64,000 bases of DNA, from contig OZ249437.1 in assembly GCA_965235115.1 (NCBI GenBank), forward strand, positions 33,480,001 through 33,544,000, given 5' to 3'. A program made the position numbers and the translations under genes. The first letter of the stretch is position 1. Each line of letters begins with the position of its first letter. Shown in pieces: positions 11,307 through 22,790 of the stretch. Origin of the DNA: Laetmonice hystrix (taxonomy: Eukaryota). The notes beneath the pieces were generated by a model, which had not been told where the DNA came from, made no database searches, and saw only the letters and a list, made by a program, of their open reading frames with translations.

Positions 11307-13309
11307 GTGTCATCGCCGTTCTGGTTTACGGAGGAAATAGATTTCTTCCATGTAAAGTATAAGAACGGGCATTCTTTGAGGGTTCAAGAAAATAAGAGAG
11401 GGTTGTGAACTGTTTGAGGCATTTCGTGCATTATATTAGGATTAGATGCTGAATTGGAAAAGTCTATCAGGAGGAATTCAGGATGTTTTCCTAACCAGTC
11501 AGTACTAGTTTTCTGAAATGTTATGGTAATCTTGCATTTGGAAAATTTTTAAACAATGCATGATATTTCTAAAAGTGAATTTGTCTCCTGCGATACCCAC
11601 TTTTCAAGTTTGGTTGGTGTGTTGGGGGCCACATTCAGCCGACTCTAAACCTCTACTAAACCTTGAAGACAACCCCAGCGGTAGTTCGACCATTGTCCTA
11701 ACAACAAGGCACTATGTACATCACAAAAATGATTTCCCGCCATTGTTTTCCATGATTCACTCCTGGTGCATCCATGTTAAATTACAGGTGTAACCGAGTG
11801 CTTTGATTGCCCCGGGTAAGGTCACAGGAGTCGGCACCATGGTGCAGTAGAATGACCTCCGGTATCAGTCGGGTGCCCTGACCCTGAGAGATGTTTAATG
11901 TCCAGGCCCTGATCTCCCTACGTCATGCCAGGTCCGACTTGTTGAAACTCTCTGTAGACAGAGTGTTCTCTGTGTGCCAGGTAGTAAGCCAGACAGGCAG
12001 TATTCTAACCTGGGGCTTACCTACTGTAGACAAGTTAGAAGTTAAGGCCAGATTGGTAGGCAGTACTTCGCCAATTCCCTGTCATTCACAGTGGTGCGAG
12101 TAAAGACCAGCGGGGAGGTAGCATTAAGTACGGCTGCCAACAACGAAGGTTTTACCTTCGAATAGAGTTTACAAAAAGAGTTATTTTTTCCCATCTGGAC
12201 ATGTTGATCAGGTCTAGTCTTGATTTTAAGCAACAGGATAAACAGCTCTGCACTTAGATTATTGCCAAAAACGAAATTCGCGTGATGTTTTGTATTGTGC
12301 AGAGAAATATCCCCTAAGATAATACGACGTGTGATAGACTTCATATTCAACAAGGTTATTCATGCGTGAAGCATAGTTTTAAAAACATCTATGAACTTCT
12401 GTCTATGGACGTCTGTAGGTATTTAGGATTTTATAGGCGGAGGAGGGAGGGGGTCGAATTTCTATTATTATATATTGCGGGCAGATAGTGTTAAGAGCAG
12501 AGAGCCCGAAGTGATACCAAGAAGAAAAAATTACTTGTGTTAGTGGCCCCAGTAACTGAGGTGCGTGTAGATGTGGTCAGGCGGTGTTTTGGGATGCTCA
12601 GGACTCAGTCGGAATGTAAGGTCATTGTTGGGGTCAGATGACCGTGAGCAGTGCCCGTGGGACGGTTATTGGGCCGTGAAGGTGAAGAGGTTGGCCGTGA
12701 GCCGAGAACTGTCTGACCGACATGATGATTGATGGACGGGTAGAATTTAGGACACCTGAGAATGACTGTGAAGTCCTGAAAGTAGTCCCAGCTGGCTGCT
12801 ACTACTCCTGCTGCTGCTGTGTTTCCTCCAGTAGCTCACCTGGCCAGGCACATACACACGTTATGTTATTTGTTCCTCTAGCTTTTTCAGGAAAGGCATT
12901 TTTATAATCCTTCTAATTCTTCGCCTTCACCTTTGCTTTCTCTTTGGGTTTCTTCTCCGTCATCATGCACCCTTTGCTTTTTCCCCCCGACTGCCATCAG
13001 TGTTGTAAGCCTCCCTGGCTTGATTTCTGACTTGAATTTGTCGTAACCTTGACATTTGCAGCAGCTGTTTCTACCTCAGCTGATGTTGTTCTGTAAGGGC
13101 ATTGGCTGTTCGCCATCCTACCATGTCAACAATTCAATCCATCTTGTTTCTCTTTCTCCTAACTTGCTTTCATCCTCTTCACATTCCCTATTGATGATTG
13201 ATTTCGAACATTCCTTCACCAGTAAGAAGATTTTTGAGAAGTAATATGGAAGCATGATGGAGGTGACCATGACTGTGTGGTGTTTTAATGTTTAATTTTT
13301 AAACTTATA

Positions 13310-13660
13310 ACTTGGATGGATCTTGGCGTGAGTAGGGTTAGAATGTGTGAATGGATTCTGATCGGAGAGGATTTATAGATCATGAGTGGGGAGCTCATGG
13401 CGTGAGTACAGTAATGATGTGTGGATAGATCCTGGGTTGATTAATGTTATAATGCGTGGGTGTATACTGGTACAGTAGGTGGATCATGCTCTGCGTACAG
13501 TTATAATATGTGGATTGATCCAAACCTGAGTGGATTTATAATGAGGAGGTGGAGTCCTGCGTGTTGGGTGGCCCTGACCTTGTGTTAGTATAGTAGGATG
13601 ATGAACGGGTGCCCCATAGCATGAGTACGGATATAATGAATGGGTGGGGTCTTGGCCAAG
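13310..13660. repeat. Old degenerate tandem repeat, unit about 35 bp
   Basis: Recurring ggatc(a/t)tggcgtgagta..gtt(a)taatgtgt-like segments with many substitutions. Confidence 0.45.
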
Positions 13661-15762
13661 TAAATGGCTCGGGACACATAGGGACCTACCCAGAATTAGT
13701 GCCGCTCCTTAACGTCACCTTCTATGAGTGGGAGGAACAGGGGTCAGTTTCACACCGGTCCTGAAACGGCATCCGAACCCCGTAATCTGACCCTTCAGGC
13801 TCCACCAGGAACCCCCTGACGCTACCTACTGGAGGGGGCTCTTCACACAGGAGGAGGTCACATAGAGCAGGAGATGGGACGCTTTTCTAGGTGTAAAAAC
13901 TTTCATGACTTCCACACATGCTGTAGATAAGGAGAGATTTCTCTATAGACAGGCATCATTTGTTAGAAGTCGATTTATAGCCGGTAGAAAGCCTATAGAG
14001 TGGCATGCCAATAAACAATCGAAGTTTCTCCCCTGTAAAGACTGTGTGCCAGAATACTGGATTCTTAACTTCTTAACGAAATCCACGGTCCATTGCTGGT
14101 AAAATATTGGCTGTGGATTTCGTTAAGTAGTTTTGCTGCGGAATTACGACATAATATATTACGTAGAAGCTATGTGAGTGCCTGATGGTGAAAACTCTTA
14201 TTTAAGCCTTGTGCAACCATTACATGTGGCTAGATTGAGTGGTTAGTCACAAATAATCTCCTTATAGATTATAATACAGACCTTACTTATGAAATTCCAG
14301 AGAAGGAAAGTGGTACTGACGATAACATAAGGTGTTTAGTTGGTATGGGCAGTAAGTTAGCTGTAGGTCTGCAGTCTTGGAGCAGTCCTGAAACCTACCT
14401 TTTAGATATCTATAGATGGAGCAGTTGGAAGGAGTGTTTTCAAAGTTTCCTAGAGCAGAGAAGAAGACTATTTACTTGATTAATCTAGTGCGGATGAAAG
14501 GAGATTTTTGCCTGTGTTACGTTTGTTGGAATACATTGTTCAGTCAGTTCAGTCAAAGTTCGAGGTCAGAGTTCCATTTTTTGACGATATAGGATGCTCA
14601 CGTGTGTGAAGTAGCTGTAATTTTATGGGGTGCCGTTATATTTATGATTTACGTTATTTTTATGACATTTACAGTTCATTCCATTGAAAGGCCACTTTCG
14701 TAACACAGAGGAGGCATACATCCCTTTAAGCAGAGCCATTTATGGTACTTTAGACTTAAATAGTTTGAATGTTTTTGAAGCTGCTGTCCTGATGTTGGAC
14801 TGAGGTTTCTGAATATATCAGAAATATGACAAAATAATGGTGGCAAACAAAATAATTGTAGCAAACGTGTTTCAAACAAAGATTGCAATGTCTGGTTGAG
14901 GCATACTTGGAGCAGTGCAGCTCGCATGTTGGCGACAGTTTTGGTTGGGAATTGGTGACTGCTGTCGTGGTTGGCTGAGGAGAGGTCGACAGGGATCGTC
15001 CTCGGCATTGCGTGCATGTCTAAGTGAACACTGACTGTAGGTGTAGGACTTCCCCTGAGGTTATTAATCTCTGCTCATAACGTCAAGTTTTCTCTGTAGT
15101 TGAGGAAGATACTGGTAGTCTGTGCGATACCAACATGGAGTGAAGATGGGCAGAATTGACTAAGTGTCTATGGGAAGGTTGTGTTTGAAACTTTCGGCAT
15201 GGATCGAGTCTCTGACTTGGTTGGAGGCAGATATCCAGCATACACAAGACGAAAGTGGCGAAGAAGCAAGAAAAAGGTAGGAAGGACAAGGACGGCTGGG
15301 TTTACACTAGGTAACAGCCTTTCTCTAGGTAACAACATCGATGACCGTGAACATACGCTAGACGGTTGGGTCAAATTCCATATTTCAGGTTTATATGAGT
15401 TGAGGGTTACCAAGAGCCACAGTTTTAATACCAGTGTTTCATGTTGATGGCCAGGAGGGAGACTTGTGATAGTTCAGGTGTTGTTACTGACCAATATCTT
15501 GCATTATTGATGATCGCAGTAACCTTAAGAATTGGTCTGACTTTTCCTGGAAGGAGAATCAACCCAAGTTATTCAGGAACGTGATTTCCGTTCCATATAT
15601 CGCACTCCCTTGCTCACCCTCATAACAAGGTGGAGATAAAGCCATAACACCATGCCCTGTCATTTTGTGTGTATTCATGCTAGTCCCGTTGAAACAATTA
15701 AAGCAGAGTTGACAGAAATCATCGCCCTCGATCCTAACGATGTTGTTTTGACTGTGTTGCAG

Positions 15763-15929
15763 ATTTCGGATGTTGTGGTGCCGGGGCAAGCTGAAGACTT
15801 GAGCGCCAAGGAAGCGCTGCTGCTATGGGCGCGGCGCACGGTGGAGGGGTACCCGGGCGTACGGATCCGGGATTTCTCCAACAGCTGGCGGGATGGCAAG
15901 GCTTTCCTCTCCATCATACACCGGCATAG
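15763..15929 (+). CDS. shot: Spectraplakin exon 1 in window: N-terminal half of CH2 domain ([56 protein letters not shown])
   Basis: Acceptor tgtgttgcag at 15753-15762, donor gtaagt at 15930; translation carries the CH2 signature EALLLW...F..SWRDG.AF..IIH of plectin/dystonin/MACF1. Phase 0 in, phase 2 out. Confidence 0.97.
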
Positions 15930-16384
15930 GTAAGTCGGTCTTGTGTTCCTCATACTGCAGTAGGTGTTGGTCCTTCATACACTGTCATAGGTAGGTCGGC
16001 CTTCCGTCCCTCATACTGCAGTAGGTGTTGGACCTTTATACACTGACATATAGGTAGGTCGGCCTTCTGTCCCTCATACTGCAGTAGGTGTTGGTCCTTC
16101 ATAAACTGTCATAGGTAGGTCGGTCTTCTGTCCCTCATACAGCAGTAGGTGTTGGTCCTTCATACACTGTCATAGGTAGGTCGGCCTTCGGTCTCTCATA
16201 CTGCAGTAGGTATTGGTCCTCCATACACCGGCATAGGTAGGTCAGTCTTGTGTCCCTCAAACTGCAGTAGGTGTTTGTCCTTCATACACTGTCATAGGCA
16301 GGTCGGCCTTCTGTCCCCCATACTGCAGTAGGTGTCGGTCCTTCACACACTGACATAGGTAGGTTGGCCTTCTGTCCCTCATAC
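15915..16384. repeat. 61-bp minisatellite, about 7.7 copies, starting inside the exon and spanning the donor site; degenerate copies to about 16550
   Basis: Unit catacactgtcataggtaggtcggccttctgtccctcatactgcagtaggtgttggtcctt; first copy is catacaccggcatag|gtaagt. Confidence 0.95.
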
Positions 16385-19300
16385 GTAAGACTAGAGGGGT
16401 CGGGCCATAAAGCACTTGCGTAGGAACTTTAGCCATCTGTCCCTAAGAGAGAAGAGGGGTTGGTCCTTCTTCAGACACCAGAAGAGGTAGGTTGACCTTC
16501 TGTCCCTCATACAGTGGACTCGAGGAGTTGTCCTTCATACACTGACATTGGTGCGGAAACCGCCTGATACCAACACAGATAGGTAGTAGTGATACTCGAT
16601 TCTCATAACCCCCCTGAAAATGTTCGAAAACCCGACTTGGTTATAGAGTAAGTGTAGCTATGGCTCCTCAGAGGATGATAGAGTACGCATTCTTTGGTGA
16701 TCACCTTGACGCCGGGAGGAGGAGGGGGCGGGTACCTTGGTTGGTATACACGGTACATACGCACACACACACAACTGACACTAATATTATTCATAGCAAA
16801 AGGGGATCGGACTTTGTTGGCGACCGAAGCGGTAGACCTGCAAAGGCCTGGAGCAGTCGTCCGAGGCTCGGATGGTTAAATCACAGCAGTAGATTGTGTA
16901 AACTTTGATATATTGAGCTTTGTCTAAATGGGTTTCTGTCAGAGATGAATGGCACTACGGAGAAGTTGAATATAGGTGATAGCCAGCCAGCAGGTTAATT
17001 TCAACATTCATACATTGGGCACATTATTTCCTAATTTCATGCGAAGCGGATTATTCATTGTATTACAGGTCTTGCATGAAAATGTTCTGTAAATATTTGA
17101 GTATGCGTAACATTCCAGGTTGTTTTCTTGTAACCTGTTGGTAGGTTGTTTAAAAAGTCTACCCTGGGGGTTGAACAAGTAGGCATGAAGTGTTGCAGGA
17201 AACTGTTGTCATCTTAGCCCTCAGTAGATCGGGTCTGGCATCTTGAGAGCACAGCTTGAACTGGGTTTGTTGAATAAGAGTGCTTCAATTCTAGTGTCAA
17301 TGAACAACACAGGGCAAGGTGTCATGATTGCTTATTTATGGCAGATCTTCAAGCGGGTGACCTATGACCTGGGTGACCTGACCTTTAGGGCGAGTGATAA
17401 GGCCGCCCTTCACCCTTGATTGCTGATGTGTGATAACTGTGTTAGTTATTCAGGCTGAGTTCTAGCAGAGGTTGTACAGATAGGCCCTCCATGGTGAAGC
17501 CAGAGAGAGAGAATGTTGGGAACCTGCCGTGATAGTTAGGGAAGGAACCACTCGTAATGCCAAGGCTGGGCTAGGGTCACCGTCCGTCAGGTGTTTGGGG
17601 CCATTATAACTGGCATTTGTTTACATAATTTATCGAGCCGGTGGAATTCATATATCAGCCAGGTAGTTTTTTTCCCGCCTACCCTGGATCGATTATATTT
17701 GAGCAGCTTGCTGTTCGATATGTTGAAACAAGATTCTGTGATGATTAAAGCCGATCACGTCATCATTGATTGATCGTCATGTACGGGGATGGAGGTTTAG
17801 ACTTTAATACCAGATTGTGGGTCGTAGGTCCCATTGTGGTACCTTCAGCTTGAAGTGGGTTCATGAGTGACCCACTAACAGGTAAATTCCATGCAAACCC
17901 AGCCAACCAAGCAATATTGAATCTCGGCAGAGGTCAGTGCAGTCGTAACCTCACCAGGTCACCGCGGTGACGCATACTCCAGAGCCCCCTGGTGACAACA
18001 GTGATAACTAAACCGAAGACCACTCATTTATTGGATCACATAAGTGAGACTGGGTCAGAAATTTTCAGTTTTCACCAGTAAATACTTTCAAGGGGGTGAC
18101 ATTCACAAAATGTAGGGGCTAGCTCTGGAGAATGAGTATTGTGGATTCTCCATGAAGACAGGAGGGCTTCAACTTTTTGATCTCTTGTGCGAGAGACCTA
18201 CAAATATTTTGAATTCTTCAAATGCATTTAGGTAGACTGTGGCTGAGAGAAGACCCTTGAGGGGAGGGGAACCGAAAGTGTAGGGGCGTAGGGCTAACAT
18301 AATATTGATGGACCTGGCATGTAGCTGAGGAGAATGAATGATAATCTTCTCGGCAGGTGGGCAGGGTAAGGGGTAACAAGAGGGGGTATTTGGAAGAGGT
18401 TGGTATCAGGAACTTCCAACCCCAGCGTTTCTCTAGTAGGACCGAGGTCTGAACCCCTATAGGAAAAGACACCTTCAGTCAGAGAAAGCCGACTCGAGAT
18501 CGGCATGAATTATGATTCACCTCAGTCAACCAGTGGTGGGTTTTCAACTATGAGGAGAATGGGGTCATATCGTAACCTTGCAATCTGAGGTTTGTGATCT
18601 CTGAGTGTGGACAAATATTGTTTGTGATCGTGTGTGAGAGAGATGGTTTGAAAGAAAACTGTAGCCTCTGTCGTTACACGGACTTTGGGTTGAGTTTCTT
18701 CCTCGACCTCCCCACCTCCTCCGAACCGTTTTCAGGAGAGGTATGGGAGTGATCGTTCTTACTGTCCAGGTGATCACCTAGTTCTGAGAAGGGCCAAAAG
18801 GCAGGAGGAAAATTATTGCCTTTCAACTGCTGGTGTATAATTATGTGTCAGTGTGCTGTATATCATGGAGATAGAAATTAGAATTGATGACGTCTTAAAG
18901 AATTGAGGACATGCCGGTACAGATTTCTATCCCGTCCTTTTGTTCCACGCCAACCCATGTCTGTGACTACCACATTCCTCAGGCAGTGTGCTGTGTGCCG
19001 GACCGATCGTTCCGTCATTATAGGTGTGCAGGGTTTGTCAGGTGGGGCGGCGCCTACTCCCTCACAACGGGACGCATTGTCCAGCCGGCCGGCTTCTCCC
19101 GTCCCCAGTCGGGGGGGTAATCCCCCCCCCCCTGCTCCCCCCCCCTCCTGACGACCTGTCCTGGCCGTATACTGGCACTGTTTGTGTTTGGGCTGAAGGT
19201 GTTTGCCCCCCTGGTTGACGGCATGTACCCTCACCGTGTCCGGCAAACTACACACCCTACCACCAGGGCCTGGAGACCCTGATCGTGATCAGGGCGACTT

Positions 19301-19971
19301 CTCTCTGTCTGTGTGTCCACAATCAACACTATAGTCTTTCACAGAGTCAGGCCTCAAGTTTGTCCAACCAGATCTGGATCCTTATACGACTAGGGTATTG
19401 TCAGACGACAGTTTAGTTTATCCACGAAGCCAGCACATTCTTGAGTCGAGTATCTGTAGTAGGATGGATACTCCACAGCAAGCGCGTGGATCATAACTGG
19501 ACCCTGTGGGTATGTGCGAGTCCTTTGAGGTCGTTAGAGCGTGGACAATAGCGATTCGAGCCTGTATTTTAATGTTGAGATCTAGGTGTGATAATAAGGT
19601 GTGCACGGTGTAGTGGTCACAGAAACACTTTGTAAGCCTTTCTGTACAGCCGAGTGGATTACCGGCCTGTTGGGGCAATATTTGTGATGCACTCAACACC
19701 TGGTGGCAAGGACAAAGTACAGCTACAAACTGTGCTCCTGGATCAGGGCTAGATCTTACTGTTTCACCAAGTAAGGTTATAACTACTCTGAATGAATACA
19801 AGACGTTCAGTGATACTCGTGTAAAATACCTAAAAACTGGTAAAAATGGTGGTAATATAATTGATGTGGGAATCGAGATTATTGTCCTGCTGAATGTTGC
19901 AGGTGTTATGTGTGTTTATTATTATAAAAGAAGTGGTGTTATAATGAGGGAGTGTTGGTCGGTTTGTACAG

Positions 19972-20087
19972 GCCTGATCTGGTCGACTTCCGTACGGTGT
20001 CCACCCAGACAGCCAAGGAGAACCTCGAGATGGCGTTCAGTATTGCCGAGAAGGAGTACCAAGTCACCAGGCTACTTGACCCGGAAG
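19972..20087 (+). CDS. shot: Spectraplakin exon 2: CH2 (PDLVDFRTVSTQTAKENLEMAFSIAEKEYQVTRLLDPE)
   Basis: tttgtacag acceptor, gtaagt donor; NLE.AF..AE....VTRLLDPED CH2 motif; phase 2 in, phase 1 out. Confidence 0.97.
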
Positions 20088-20771
20088 GTAAGTCCTCATC
20101 TGCTTCCACCGTTCTGAAGAAAATCGGTAGCTGACATTTGCCACTTTGTCTTTACCCTATAAGAATGTATATGGAGAAACGAAATTAATGGGTCGCCCTC
20201 AATATTGACATTTTCTCAGATACGACTGCTGTTACAGTAATCGTATTGCATTATAATGGAATGATTGTCTGTTTGAGACAATAGCTAAAATTCCTCTTTG
20301 ACAGTATAAAGAAATGATGGTACATGTGGAAGGATACAAGAAAATGCTGCGTAGGATAACATATAGGTTGTCAAGTTCTTTCACCTGGACTTCGGTACGT
20401 TTGCTAATGTTTTCGTTTATTGGCGAAAACGATAGTTCAATGGATAGATGTCAAAAGATTATCTCACTGTTCATCAAGATGTAACACGTCTCTCCTTCAA
20501 CCGGTGCAGGCCAATGGTTTGTCATATTTAAAAAATAAGGAAAAAAAGCCTTGGAGAATTGATATCTTTGATGTGGCTCTATCTATATTCTGTCAAGGGT
20601 TCTTCATATTTCGGCTGTAAACACTTGTATTGAAGATTGATGGGCTGATATCATATGTACCTGTTTACACCTTCTGAGGACAGAAAAAACGAATGAGGGG
20701 TTAATTTTACACAGTTCTACAGGACAGACCGAAACTAGGAGACAGATCCCTAGAGGTGGAAAACGAAATAC

Positions 20772-20977
20772 CAGTTACATAACAAACCCATGCAGTTACA
20801 TAACACACCCATGTAGTTACTTAACAAACCCATGTAGTTACTTAACAAACCCATGTAGTTACTTAACAAACCCATGTAGTTACATAGCACACCCATATAC
20901 ATGTAGTTACTTAACAAACCCATGTAGTTACTTAACAAACCCATGTAGTTACATAACAACCCCATGTAGTTACATAA
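20772..20977. repeat. 21-bp minisatellite, about 9-10 copies
   Basis: Unit ccatgtagttacttaacaaac; gives the MGLLSNY repeat in shadow ORF 20750..20965. Confidence 0.95.
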
Positions 20978-21198
20978 AAGAGGCTGCCGGTGTTTTCCCC
21001 AGAGGTTGGGTCATGATGTGGGTATATTTGATGAGTAACGGTGGCCAACAGCTGTCCGTCAGTATTTGGAGCATGAACCCAGAATAGATGCTGCTGTCGT
21101 AGAGTGCAGGCCACAGTCCTCATCTGATACGTGGAGAGAACTCCAGTAGATGTTTACATCAGTACCACCAGGTGGTTACACCGGCCCCGGACATGGCC

Positions 21199-21214
21199 TG
21201 CCCCCTGGCGGCAG
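21199..21214 (-). promoter_or_regulatory. CTCF-like motif CCGCCAGGGGGCA
   Basis: Reverse complement of tgccccctggcggcag; similar cores at 17983-17996 and 22926-22940. Motif match only. Confidence 0.35.
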
Positions 21215-21723
21215 ACGGGCTCGTGTTACTGGAGACTGTGGCCGGCAGAGGGTGCTGGAGTCAGTGATCTCTGCTCTCTGTGTGTTGACATCCGGTGACA
21301 TCATTTAGATCAGGTATCCCGTGTGTGGGCGGGGAGGTTTATCCTACTTTGCGCCCACAAAAATGGATACAACAATTTGTCGTCAGTTTTTATTTTTATT
21401 TTCATTGCTTTCCTTTTATTTTTATTTTCATTGCTCAGGTAGTCCATTTTAAATCCCAAAAGCTAGTAGAAAACGTGAGGCCTCCCCCAGTTTTTGAAAA
21501 CTTAAATTCTTGCTGAAATGTAAGCTTGACGCTTGCAGGTGAGCTTATCAGAAGATGCTTAAGCTTAAGAATGAACTTAAGTTTTGAAAATCCGGACCTG
21601 CAGACCAACCAATCAGAAGGCATAAGCATGAGCAAGGACTTATTTGTTGAAAACTGTCGCTGTAAAGGAGATGTTAATGCCAAGTGGTAGCGTAGGACTG
21701 ATAATGAGTGCGGTTTGTTTCAG

Positions 21724-21830
21724 ATGTGGACGTCCACCAGCCAGACGAGAAGTCTCTCATTACGTATATTTCCTCCCTTTACGATGTGTTCCCTGAAGTC
21801 CCCACCATGGAACAATCCGTCCGTGACAAT
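21724..21830 (+). CDS. shot: Spectraplakin exon 3: end of CH2 ([36 protein letters not shown])
   Basis: ttgtttcag acceptor, gtaagc donor; DVD...PDEKS.ITY.SSLYD.FP motif; phase 1 in, phase 0 out. Confidence 0.97.
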
Positions 21831-22627
21831 GTAAGCTTCCAGCGAGCTGGATTTCTTAGTTTCTTTTTGATTCGCATGATATAAAAGCATTATGTAGGAT
21901 TATAGTGTTTATAAGTAAACTTTATGTTGCATAAGTTGCTAAATACAGCAATCGCGAAATAAACAGATTTTGCTTGGTAATACGTTCCTAAATGTTAGAC
22001 GTTGAAGAGAGATAAAAAACCGTTATATAGATTATCATATTTTTTGAGTAGGCAAAGAACCAAACTACTATCTCAGTGAGCGATAAGAGGATCCAACCAG
22101 AAGCCAGAAACCTCACACTCAGATATTTGCCTAGCCTACCGATATCGTAAGAGTTTACAGTTTTCCTGGCAAGCCGTCGTTTCTGTGGTTACCTAGTTCC
22201 GGCGCCACTCCCAAGACTTAAGCCTCGCACGCCAAACAACATACCTCACATTCTGCTAGAGTCAAAACACCAAAAAAAAAAAAAAAGAACTACTACGTTT
22301 TTATCCACGAGTGTATATTTACGCAGCGAAAGAGTTTCTATAAAGCCTGATTTTTATTTACTTAAAGAGACTGTTGAGATTCCTTCTCACACCCCCACAT
22401 TGATATTTTCACACAGTCCCGGTCTGGTTATCATTAGTGTGCATACAAATATCTATAAAATACCAACAGTATAAAGCTATGATAATTCCCGTTGGTACCA
22501 TGCGATTTTTTTTTAGATAGTCTTGGTGCATTTGATATTTGACCTGAGCTGGTTCAACTTAGGCAAGCACAGACTCAGAGTAATGCAGGGGTTAAAGAAT
22601 AGCCACATTGTAAGATGCCAAAGTTAA

Positions 22628-22790
22628 GGGCTGTATCCACTAAGCCAGCCGACTGGGCGGCCGGCCGGTGCCAAGATTTTCACACTATAGTAAACAAAAA
22701 TCGGAATAATTGCGATATATGGGCCAATCACACCCATGTATTTTCGGAAACGGTTGACTGGCCGTCCGGCTGGCTAAGTGAATAGGTCCC
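22628..22790. mobile_element. 163-bp MITE, imperfect ~25-bp TIRs, TA-rich flanks (Harbinger-like)
   Basis: gggctgtatccactaagccagccg versus reverse complement of right end gggacctattcacttagccagccg. Confidence 0.75.

Noticed and set aside
12042-12353. ORF containing RRIILGDISLH, resembling the LINE APE endonuclease ILGDFN motif
   Set aside because: A single short motif with no other APE or RT motifs nearby.
1-15762. CH1-domain exons (QKKTFTKW..., GNPKLTLGLIW...)
   Set aside because: Looked for by eye and not found; they presumably lie upstream of the window.
22054-22292. Segment ending in A15 with a partial aagaac..ctacta flank match (retroposed copy)
   Set aside because: The TSD is imperfect and there is no recognisable SINE/LINE body.
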